Positions 56,126-64,000 of a stretch of 64,000 nucleotides of DNA are shown here, one piece after another. The notes under the pieces are model-generated. The model did not search any database, was not told the origin of the DNA, and saw only the letters and a list, made by a program, of their open reading frames with translations. Within the stretch, counting starts at the first letter, position 1. The number at the start of each line of letters is the position of its first letter. Location: assembly GCA_014381465.1 (NCBI GenBank), contig JACNLP010000042.1:64220-128219 (forward strand), written 5' to 3'. This DNA comes from Flavobacteriales bacterium. Lineage in GTDB: Bacteria > Bacteroidota > Bacteroidia > Flavobacteriales > BACL11. The position numbers and the translations under genes were made by a program.

Positions 56126-57973
56126 ATGCGTATTTTTTTATTTAATATAATTATTAGTTATTTTTTTCTTGGTGTTTTTCAAGAATTACATGCCCAATGT
56201 GTAGTAAATGTTGATACTACAAATATATTACATATTGTCTGTCCAAATGGCGGAGCGGTGGGTTCTGCTCAAATTATTCAAGCAACTTACCTAAATTATT
56301 CTTGGCAAAATATTACCAATGGTCAAACGTATAATGGAGGAGGTGGAAGTGGTGGGCCAATAAGAAATGATTTGGATGCAGGTTTTTATGTAATTACTGC
56401 TTCTAATCCTTATAGTAGTGGATGTCCCTCTATTATTTACTCTGATACTTTTGAGATAATAGAAGCATCACCGTCATTTCAATTTTCTCCAACACAGGCA
56501 TGCCCAAATTTATGTAATGTTACAATCTCTGCAAGTATGGGGGTGGCTATACCGGCTGTAAACTATACAATTTCATGGGATAATGGAATTCAAAACTCTT
56601 TACCAATTACATTACAGAATCAATGTGGAGGAAGTCATACTTATGAGATTTTTGCAGATGGTGTGAGTTGTGGGGTTGAAATTATAGAGATAAGTCAGTT
56701 TGCTCAAATGAACCTAGCAACCTCTGTTACAAATGCAAGCTGTACACAAGCCGGAAGCGCTATAGTAACTATCACAGGTGTTGGTGCTTCTGCCGTAAAT
56801 ACTTATTGTAATTCCTATCCGCAATATAACAGTTACACAACTATTGATAATATTGTGCTGGTAGGGGATAATACTACTATATCAAATAATACATCAAGTA
56901 TTTGTGATGCTTATCAGGATTATACTACTCAGTCTGCTGATGTAACTCCAGGAAATTTATATAATTTGAATGTAGATTTAGGCACATGTCATACGGGTGG
57001 TGTTGCTTTAATGGATATAGCCAATGTATATATTGATTGGAATATTGATGGCGACTTTAATGATTTAAACGAGTGGGTCGGACAAGTAAGTCCAACTCAA
57101 AGTCCTTCAACACATACAATTCCAATTACTGTTCCAGTTGGAGCGATACCTGGACAAAGTAGAATGAGAATTGTTGCTCAAAACAACCAGTACCAAGCTA
57201 GTAATCAAGCATTACCCTGTGATGTAAATACAGCTTGGTTTGGCTCTACTGAAGATTATACAATCAATGTAAATGGTTCTGTTGCCAGTCCTGTCACTTA
57301 TTCTTGGTCAGATGGACAAGCTACTCAAACAGCCACTAACCTGAATTCTGGAGTATATTATATTACAATTACTGATGCCAATGGTTGTACCGCTACTGAT
57401 ACCGCTATAATATCTGGTAGTGGAAGTTCTTCTGTTTTGGCAGCATCTAATCAAACTATTTGTAATGGCGAAACGCCAAATTCTTTATCAGCAAATGGGA
57501 GTAGCTCTGGTAGTTATTCTTGGTCTCCACCATCTTCTTTTATCAACCCTAATTTACAGAATCCTACATTCAATGGAGGATTAAATTCATCCGGGATATT
57601 CACTGTAACTTTTACAGACAATAATGGATGTGTTTCTACAGATAATATAACAATTACAGTAAGTCCTGTACCAACTGTAATACTTACAGCTATTCCTTCT
57701 TCAGCTTGTGTTGGAGATGATATTACTTTAACAGCAAACACTTCTATTCCTGTAAACAGATATAGATTTCAGTATAATAGTGGAAGTGGATGGGTCAACA
57801 TAACAAATCCTATTTTTTCTACATCAAACCCATTAATTTTTTCAAATATTTCAAGCACCATACAGTTTAGAGTAAAAGTAAGAGAAGATATGGGTTGTAC
57901 TCCTAGTGTTTGGTCTTCAATTATAACAGTGCCAATTTCAACGGTGGCTACTCAACCAATAAATCATTATTAA
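56126..57973 (+). CDS. Secreted adhesin-like protein with GEVED-like domain and SprB/Ig-like repeats; no recognisable T9SS tail
   Basis: 615 aa with a signal peptide. GEVED-like core (IDWNIDGDFND...GQSRMRIV...GSTEDYTINV). Repeats VTYSWSDGQATQTATNLNSGVYYITITDANGCTATD. Ends ...TQPINHY. Confidence 0.65.
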   Translation: MRIFLFNIIISYFFLGVFQELHAQCVVNVDTTNILHIVCPNGGAVGSAQIIQATYLNYSWQNITNGQTYNGGGGSGGPIRNDLDAGFYVITASNPYSSGCPSIIYSDTFEIIEASPSFQFSPTQACPNLCNVTISASMGVAIPAVNYTISWDNGIQNSLPITLQNQCGGSHTYEIFADGVSCGVEIIEISQFAQMNLATSVTNASCTQAGSAIVTITGVGASAVNTYCNSYPQYNSYTTIDNIVLVGDNTTISNNTSSICDAYQDYTTQSADVTPGNLYNLNVDLGTCHTGGVALMDIANVYIDWNIDGDFNDLNEWVGQVSPTQSPSTHTIPITVPVGAIPGQSRMRIVAQNNQYQASNQALPCDVNTAWFGSTEDYTINVNGSVASPVTYSWSDGQATQTATNLNSGVYYITITDANGCTATDTAIISGSGSSSVLAASNQTICNGETPNSLSANGSSSGSYSWSPPSSFINPNLQNPTFNGGLNSSGIFTVTFTDNNGCVSTDNITITVSPVPTVILTAIPSSACVGDDITLTANTSIPVNRYRFQYNSGSGWVNITNPIFSTSNPLIFSNISSTIQFRVKVREDMGCTPSVWSSIITVPISTVATQPINHY

Positions 57974-57994
57974 CCAATTTTATTAATTAAAAAC

Positions 57995-58567
57995 ATGAAA
58001 ATCATGGAAACAACAAGCAACACATTAAAAGCATTACTTTTTGGAGTATTGTTTTTAGCAGGGAGTCAAATGATGGCTCAAGTAACAACAAATCCTGACA
58101 CAGTATGTGCAGGTGCAACAGGGGAAGCGTATCTAGTTGCAAATACTGCTGGATCTACCTATAACTGGGTAATTACTGGTGGGGGAGGTGCTCAAGTTAC
58201 AGGAAGTAATACCAGTTCCATTACAGTGGATTGGGGTAATACGCCAGGACTTTACCCTTCAGCAGTTAGTATAACTGAAACAGATGTTAATGGCTGTCCT
58301 GGAGCACCAATGGTATTAGATGTTAGGATTATCCAAGTGGCTTTATCTGCATTAGGACCTTTTTGTGCTGGTGATTCTCCTCAAATTTTAAGTCCAACCC
58401 CAACAGGAGGTACGCTTTCTGGTACTGGAGTAGTTGGTGGTAATTTTGATCCTGTAGCTGCTGGTACAGGAACACATATTATTACTTACGATTTGGCAGG
58501 TTGTATTACTACTATTAATGTAGTGGTAAATACAGGACCAACAACAGGACCTATTCAGCACTTCTAG
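57995..58567 (+). CDS. Secreted PKD-like/Ig-like two-domain protein; no recognisable T9SS tail
   Basis: 190 aa with a signal peptide. PKD-like pattern VCAGATGEAYLV...GSTYNWVITGG...ITVDWGN...ITETDVNGCPG. Ends ...TTGPIQHF. Confidence 0.6.
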   Translation: MKIMETTSNTLKALLFGVLFLAGSQMMAQVTTNPDTVCAGATGEAYLVANTAGSTYNWVITGGGGAQVTGSNTSSITVDWGNTPGLYPSAVSITETDVNGCPGAPMVLDVRIIQVALSALGPFCAGDSPQILSPTPTGGTLSGTGVVGGNFDPVAAGTGTHIITYDLAGCITTINVVVNTGPTTGPIQHF

Positions 58568-58573
58568 GAATAT

Positions 58574-59641
58574 ATGCTGAAACTAAGACACATTTTCTTT
58601 TTGTGTCTATCAGTAGTTTTTAGCAGTTCCTATTCGCAAAACATTTTACATTTATGTGAGGGTGTTGGTATAGAGAATTTTAAGGTTCCTTATTTGCAAG
58701 GGTCTTTTTACCAATGGCAAATAAATGGTTCGCTAGGAGTTGCTACCATTGTAGGCGGTAACGGTACAGAGGAGATTACTATTGATATACAATCGTCAGG
58801 GAGTTTTGTATTATTGGTTCAAGAAACTGATAGCAATGGCTGTAATGGTACTGATAGTATACAAGTGATAATTCATCCTTTACCACAAACTGATTTTTCA
58901 GTTAGTGGTAATTGTTTGGAAAATCCTACTATTTTTTCAGATAATTCTTATATCCTCACGGATAGTTTGGTAAACTATATTTGGGATTTTGGAGATGGAG
59001 AAATTAGTGCAGGAACACCTACCTCTCATTATTACCAAAGCTTGGGGTTTTATCCTGTGAAACTAATAGTAACATCCAATTTTGGTTGTAGGGATTCTAT
59101 TACAAAAAATGTGCAAATCTTTCCAAAACCAATTGTTGATTTTAGTTACAACCCTCTTTCAGCAAGTATTATAAATCCTATAATTGATTTCACCAACCAA
59201 AGTATAAGTGCCATACCTACAATTTGGGATTTTGATGATTCTACCCTCAGCTATAAAGAAAACCCCACTCACGAATTTACCTATCCTGGAAGTTTTAATG
59301 TGATGCTTGTTGCTTCTGATAGTAATAATTGTGTAGATTCTGCTGAACATATCATAAATATCTTTTATGAACTTTTGTTGTACACACCAAACTCCTTTAG
59401 CCCAAATGGGGATGGTGATAATGATATTTTCTTACCAAAGGGATATCGAATGAATAAATACAAAAGCTATCAATTTATGATTTATAACAGATGGGGAGAA
59501 GTAGTCTTTACTACCGACAATACTGCAAATGGCTGGGATGGAAATAATGCCAAAGCAGATGTTTTTACTTGGGTTATTATTCTTACTGATGAAATGGGTG
59601 CAATAAGAAAGCAAGTAGGAGAGGTTACTTTATTGAAATAA
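58574..59641 (+). CDS. T9SS type-B (gliding-motility-associated, CHU_C-type) C-terminal-domain protein with PKD domains
   Basis: 355 aa with a signal peptide. PKD repeats (WDFGDG...). C-terminal YTPNSFSPNGDGDNDIFLPKGY...FMIYNRWGEVVF...WDG... Confidence 0.8.
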   Translation: MLKLRHIFFLCLSVVFSSSYSQNILHLCEGVGIENFKVPYLQGSFYQWQINGSLGVATIVGGNGTEEITIDIQSSGSFVLLVQETDSNGCNGTDSIQVIIHPLPQTDFSVSGNCLENPTIFSDNSYILTDSLVNYIWDFGDGEISAGTPTSHYYQSLGFYPVKLIVTSNFGCRDSITKNVQIFPKPIVDFSYNPLSASIINPIIDFTNQSISAIPTIWDFDDSTLSYKENPTHEFTYPGSFNVMLVASDSNNCVDSAEHIINIFYELLLYTPNSFSPNGDGDNDIFLPKGYRMNKYKSYQFMIYNRWGEVVFTTDNTANGWDGNNAKADVFTWVIILTDEMGAIRKQVGEVTLLK

Positions 59642-59652
59642 ATCAAGAAGTA

Positions 59653-59674
59653 AAAACTTCATAAGTTTTGTTTT
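59653..59674 (+). terminator. Weak terminator-like hairpin between convergent genes
   Basis: AAAACTT-CAT-AAGTTTT followed by GTTTT. AT-only stem with a 3-nt loop. Confidence 0.3.
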
Positions 59675-59687
59675 ATTCCCAAATATT

Positions 59688-62216
59688 TTAGCAAGTTTTA
59701 GGCTTCTCTTTCGGTTTTGCTATCTTAATTTTTAGAGCCGATTTTTCTTTATTAATGCAAATTGTAATAGCATCCCCCTCTTTAATGCTGGTGTTAACAA
59801 TATCCTCTGCTAAAGGATCTTCAATGTATTTTTGAATTGCTCTTCTTAGTGGGCGAGCACCAAATTGTGCATCAAAGCCCTTTTCTGCTACAAAGTCCTT
59901 TGCTTTTTCAGAAATAGTAATAGTATAACCTAAAGTATTAATTCGCTTAAACAAACTATCTAGCTCTATATCAATTATATGCTTAATATTATCCTTAGAT
60001 AAGTTGTTAAAAATAATTACATCATCAATTCTATTTAAAAATTCTGGAGCAAAACTTTTCTTTAAAGCATTTTTAATTACTCCTTTGCTATGTTTATCAG
60101 CTCCCTTCTTTTTAGCAGAAGTATTAAAGCCAACACCTTGCCCAAAATCTTTCAATTGCCTACTTCCAATATTGGAAGTCATGATGATAACTGTATTTTT
60201 AAAATCAATTTTCCTTCCTAAACTATCAGTCATTTGCCCATCATCAAGTACTTGCAATAAAAGATTAAATACATCTGGATGTGCTTTTTCTATCTCATCT
60301 AATAATACAACCGAATAAGGTTTTCTCCTCACTTTTTCAGTTAGTTGACCGCCTTCTTCATAGCCAACATAACCAGGAGGAGCGCCTACTAATCGTGAAA
60401 CAGAAAACTTTTCCATATACTCACTCATGTCAATTCTTATTAGCGCTTCTGTAGTATCAAATAATTCTTTTGACAACTCTTTTGCTAAATGTGTTTTTCC
60501 AACTCCTGTTGCCCCCAAAAATATAAATGTCCCTATTGGTTTGTTCGGATCTTTTAAGCCAACTCTATTTCTTCTAATTGCTTTTACAATTTTTTCAACC
60601 GCATCATTCTGTCCAATAATTCGTTTTTTCAATTCATCACCCATACACAGCAGTTTATTACTTTCTTGTTCTGCAATTCTCTGTACAGGAATTCCAGTCA
60701 TCATAGAAATTACATCTGCAATATGGCTTTCTGTAACAGTCTCTTTATTGGATTTTAAGCTTTTTTCCCAAATATCTTTAGCATGTTCCAATTGAGAAAT
60801 GAGTAGTTTTTCTTTATCTCTTAATCTTCCAGCTTCTTCAAAATCCTGTTTTTTAACAACCTGGACTTTTTTCTTTTTTATATGTTCTAACTTCTCTTCT
60901 AAATGTAAAATGTTCTCAGGAACTTTTATGTTTGTGATATGAACTCTAGAGCCAGCTTCATCTAATGCATCAATGGCTTTATCAGGTAAAAATCTATCAT
61001 TCATATATCTATCAGTAAGAAGTACACATGCTTTTATAGCGTCAGCTGTATAGCTTACATTGTGGTGTTCCTCATATCTATCTTTGATATTTTGTAGAAT
61101 CTCTACCGTCTCATCAGGAGTTGTAGAGTTAATTATTACCTTTTGAAATCTTCTTTCCAATGCGCCATCCTTTTCAATATACTGCCTATATTCATCTAGT
61201 GTTGTTGCTCCAATACACTGTAACTCCCCTCTAGCTAAAGCAGGCTTAAACATATTAGATGCATCTAAAGAGCCAGAAGCACCACCAGCACCAACAAGGG
61301 TATGGATTTCATCAATAAATAGAATTACATCTGGGTTTTTTTCTAATTCTGTTATTACGGCTTTCATTCTTTCTTCAAATTGCCCTCTGTATTTTGTTCC
61401 AGCAACAAGCGCAGCTAAATCAAGCATAATGATTCTTTTATCAAAAAGCACTCTAGAAATTTTTCTATTAACAATTCTTAAAGCCAAACCTTCTGCAATA
61501 GCTGATTTACCAACTCCTGGTTCTCCAATTAAGATAGGATTGTTTTTCTTTCTTCTACTTAAAATTTGGGATACCCTTTCTATCTCATTTTTCCTTCCAA
61601 CTATAGGGTCTAACGATCCTTCTGCTGCCAATTTGGTTAAATCTCTACCAAAATTATCTAAAACAGGAGTGGAAGATTTTGCATTTCCAGTTGGGCTTTT
61701 TATATCTTCTTTTTCTTCAAAAATATCGTCATCATCATCTAACGGACTATCTAGTTCTGCTAATACTTCATCATAAAGTTCCAAATATTCATCAAGTACT
61801 ACATCATAAGTTATTTGAAAATTTTTAAGAGTTGTGCTAACTATATTATTCTCATCAAGAAGTATAGAGAGCAGCACATGAATTGTTTTTATTTCACTCT
61901 CTTTTAACTTCTTCATTTCCAATATAGATTTGGTAAATGCTCTTTTAGTTTGCTTTTTAACTTGTATTTTTTCCTCATCAGCAATTTCATTTCTTTGCTT
62001 TTTGGTCGGTTTAATGGTTTTTTCAATCACTTTTCGTAAATCTTTTACATTTAACCCTAAGCTTTTTAGTACTGTTATTGCCGTTCCATCACCATCTCTA
62101 ATGATTCCTAAAAGCAGATGTTCTGTGCCAATCGTATCATGCCCTAAGCGTAAAACTTCCTCTCTTACATAGGAAAGAACCTCTCGCATCCTGATTGAAA
62201 ATAATTTATTATCCAT
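59688..62216 (-). CDS. clpC: ATP-dependent Clp protease ATP-binding subunit ClpC (class I AAA+)
   Basis: 842 aa. Clp_N repeats, two Walker A sites (GEPGVGKS, GATGVGKT), and a UVR-like segment QDFEEAGRLRDKE between the AAA modules. Confidence 0.9.
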   Translation of the reverse strand: MDNKLFSIRMREVLSYVREEVLRLGHDTIGTEHLLLGIIRDGDGTAITVLKSLGLNVKDLRKVIEKTIKPTKKQRNEIADEEKIQVKKQTKRAFTKSILEMKKLKESEIKTIHVLLSILLDENNIVSTTLKNFQITYDVVLDEYLELYDEVLAELDSPLDDDDDIFEEKEDIKSPTGNAKSSTPVLDNFGRDLTKLAAEGSLDPIVGRKNEIERVSQILSRRKKNNPILIGEPGVGKSAIAEGLALRIVNRKISRVLFDKRIIMLDLAALVAGTKYRGQFEERMKAVITELEKNPDVILFIDEIHTLVGAGGASGSLDASNMFKPALARGELQCIGATTLDEYRQYIEKDGALERRFQKVIINSTTPDETVEILQNIKDRYEEHHNVSYTADAIKACVLLTDRYMNDRFLPDKAIDALDEAGSRVHITNIKVPENILHLEEKLEHIKKKKVQVVKKQDFEEAGRLRDKEKLLISQLEHAKDIWEKSLKSNKETVTESHIADVISMMTGIPVQRIAEQESNKLLCMGDELKKRIIGQNDAVEKIVKAIRRNRVGLKDPNKPIGTFIFLGATGVGKTHLAKELSKELFDTTEALIRIDMSEYMEKFSVSRLVGAPPGYVGYEEGGQLTEKVRRKPYSVVLLDEIEKAHPDVFNLLLQVLDDGQMTDSLGRKIDFKNTVIIMTSNIGSRQLKDFGQGVGFNTSAKKKGADKHSKGVIKNALKKSFAPEFLNRIDDVIIFNNLSKDNIKHIIDIELDSLFKRINTLGYTITISEKAKDFVAEKGFDAQFGARPLRRAIQKYIEDPLAEDIVNTSIKEGDAITICINKEKSALKIKIAKPKEKPKTC

Positions 62217-62413
62217 ACCTTATTATTTAAATTTATAGTACCCAACTTTCATTCCGCAATATATTAGATAAAACACAAATTATTCTACCAAATGTCTATT
62301 TGTTTTTTCAACAAAAAATGTTCATAACTTACAAACGAAATAAAGTAGCTTTTCTTATCCTAAAATACGCAAATTTGTTTTCTTTGTTTCTTTAATATAA
62401 AACAATCAAAAAT

Positions 62414-64000
62414 ATGCCGTTAGGAGAAAAAATTATTCCGATAAATATAGAGGAAGAAATGAAGTCAAAATACATTGACTATTCAATGTCAGTTATTGTA
62501 TCAAGGGCTTTACCAGATGTCCGAGATGGATTAAAGCCAGTTCACCGCAGAATTTTGTTCGGAATGCATGAATTAGGAGTAAGAGCAAACTCTTCTTACA
62601 AAAAATCAGCAAGAATAGTAGGGGAGGTATTGGGTAAATTCCACCCGCATGGAGATACTGCTGTATATGATGCTATGGTACGAATGGCACAAGAATGGAG
62701 TATGCGCTATATGCTTGTTGATGGGCAAGGTAATTTTGGCTCAATTGATGGTGATAATCCTGCTGCAATGAGATATACAGAAGCTAGAATGAGGAAGCTT
62801 TCTGAAGATATGCTTTTAGATATTGATAAAGATACCATTGACTTCAAATTAAATTTTGATGACTCCTTAAAAGAACCAACCGTTTTACCTTCTCGTCTTC
62901 CTAATCTTTTGCTAAATGGTGCAACAGGAATTGCAGTTGGAATGGCAACTAATATGCCCCCACATAATTTATCAGAGGTAGTGGATGCAACTATTGCTTA
63001 TATTAAAAGCAGAGGCGCTACTGATATCGCAGGATTAATGGAACATATTAAAGCACCTGATTTCCCAACGGGAGGTACAATATATGGATATGAAGGAGTA
63101 AGAGCAGCTTTTGAAACCGGAAGAGGAAGAGTTGTAGTTAGAGGAAAAGTACGATTTGAAGAAAAAGGAAATAGAGAAAGAATTATTGTAGAGGAGATTC
63201 CTTATATGGTGAATAAATCGGATTTGATAAAAAAGACAGCCGATTTAGTAAACAGCAAAAAGCTAGATGGAATATCTGATATAAGAGATGAATCGGACAG
63301 AAATGGAATGCGTATTGTTTATGAATTAAAGCGTGATGCTATTCCAAATATTGTACTGAATAAGCTCTATAAATTCACGCAACTACAATCTTCATTTAGC
63401 GTGAATAATATTGCGCTTGTAAAAGGAAGACCTCAGCTTTTAAATCTATTGCAACTTATTCAGCTTTTTGTGGCGCACAGACATGAAGTTCTAATTAGAA
63501 AAACAACATACGAGTTAGATCAGGCACAAAAAAGAGCTCATATTTTGGAAGGTTTATTAATTGCATTAGATAATTTGGATGCGGTTATAAAACTAATTCG
63601 TGCATCTAAAACACCTGAGGAAGCTAGAAATGGCTTAATGAGTAATTTCTCTTTATCAGAGTTACAAGCAAAAGCAATTCTAGATTTACGCCTTCAAAAA
63701 CTTACAGGTCTGGAAACAGAAAAAATAAAGCAGGAACATAAAGAAATAATGGAAAGAATTGATCATTATAACTTGATATTATCAGATGAGGATTTAAGGT
63801 TAAATATGCTTAGTGATGACCTTTTGGAAGTAAAAGAAAAATATGGGGACGAAAGAAGAACCAATATTGAGTATTCTTCATCAGAAGTAAGTATTGAGGA
63901 TATGATACCAAATGAGGAAGTGCTAATTACCATTTCACATTTAGGATATATTAAGCGAACTTCTCTCTCAGAATACAGGGCACAAGGTAGAGGAGGGGTT
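62414..64000 (+). CDS. gyrA: DNA gyrase subunit A, 3'-partial (runs off window)
   Basis: Not in the track because it stays open to the window edge. Hand translation from the ATG at 62414 gives [55 protein letters not shown]...[20 protein letters not shown]. The frame is open for all 529 codons. Confidence 0.97.
   Translation, partial: MPLGEKIIPINIEEEMKSKYIDYSMSVIVSRALPDVRDGLKPVHRRILFGMHELGVRANSSYKKSARIVGEVLGKFHPHGDTAVYDAMVRMAQEWSMRYMLVDGQGNFGSIDGDNPAAMRYTEARMRKLSEDMLLDIDKDTIDFKLNFDDSLKEPTVLPSRLPNLLLNGATGIAVGMATNMPPHNLSEVVDATIAYIKSRGATDIAGLMEHIKAPDFPTGGTIYGYEGVRAAFETGRGRVVVRGKVRFEEKGNRERIIVEEIPYMVNKSDLIKKTADLVNSKKLDGISDIRDESDRNGMRIVYELKRDAIPNIVLNKLYKFTQLQSSFSVNNIALVKGRPQLLNLLQLIQLFVAHRHEVLIRKTTYELDQAQKRAHILEGLLIALDNLDAVIKLIRASKTPEEARNGLMSNFSLSELQAKAILDLRLQKLTGLETEKIKQEHKEIMERIDHYNLILSDEDLRLNMLSDDLLEVKEKYGDERRTNIEYSSSEVSIEDMIPNEEVLITISHLGYIKRTSLSEYRAQGRGGV

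Noticed and set aside
1-64000. Looked for CRISPR arrays, transposases/IS elements, integrases, prophage modules, toxin-antitoxin pairs and known defence systems.
   Set aside because: There are no regularly spaced direct repeats and no DDE, serine or tyrosine recombinase motifs. No phage structural genes or characteristic defence-gene architectures were seen. The only mobile-looking material is the GIY-YIG/REP-like patch at 13.7-16.0 kb.

Overview
AT-rich (roughly two-thirds A+T by eye) chromosomal segment that reads as Bacteroidota, most likely Flavobacteriales. Supporting signals: T9SS type-A and type-B C-terminal sorting domains, TAnnTTTG -7 promoter boxes, no Shine-Dalgarno signals, and the synteny blocks mutL-rhomboid-rhomboid-EEP, zapA-(structured spacer)-rny and cinA-rpmB...rpmG-DUF4295-ftsY-rimO. 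I call about 66 protein genes at very high coding density, with many ATGA/TAATG start-stop overlaps. Order of content: 3' part of a surface-polysaccharide locus (1-5968); pabA; LptD-like OMP; amidase and MlaD; a membrane Fe-S oxidoreductase pair; a small accessory patch with a GIY-YIG gene and hairpin repeats (13.7-16.0 kb); thiolase; PgpH-like HD protein; the mutL block; GH3/beta-lactamase fusion; bshA-coaE; a DUF899 operon; rlmD; TonB-dependent receptor; ArsC-VOC fusion; M23 peptidase; zapA/rny; usp; the cinA-rpmB...ftsY-rimO block; a Cys-rich mer-like metal operon divergent from bshC; guaA; a three-gene adhesin-like T9SS cluster; clpC; 5' part of gyrA. I found no rRNA, tRNA, CRISPR array, transposase, integrase or recognisable defence system, and most of the window is ordinary core genome. 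The candidates most worth a second look are: (1) a five-gene ArsR-MerTP-GDCCVxC-T9SS protein-OM barrel operon where every product carries a vicinal-Cys or CxxC motif and no MerA is present; (2) a ~1.7-kb GIY-YIG-containing insertion that duplicated the 3' end of its target gene, surrounded by a REP-like hairpin repeat family; (3) a ~170-nt structured RNA candidate between zapA and rny, at a 6S-like position; (4) three adhesin-like ORFs in one reading frame separated by single stop codons, only the last with a T9SS tail; (5) a two-gene insertion splitting rpmB from rpmG with a duplicated promoter/leader. All functional calls come from motif recognition by eye, with no searches run.
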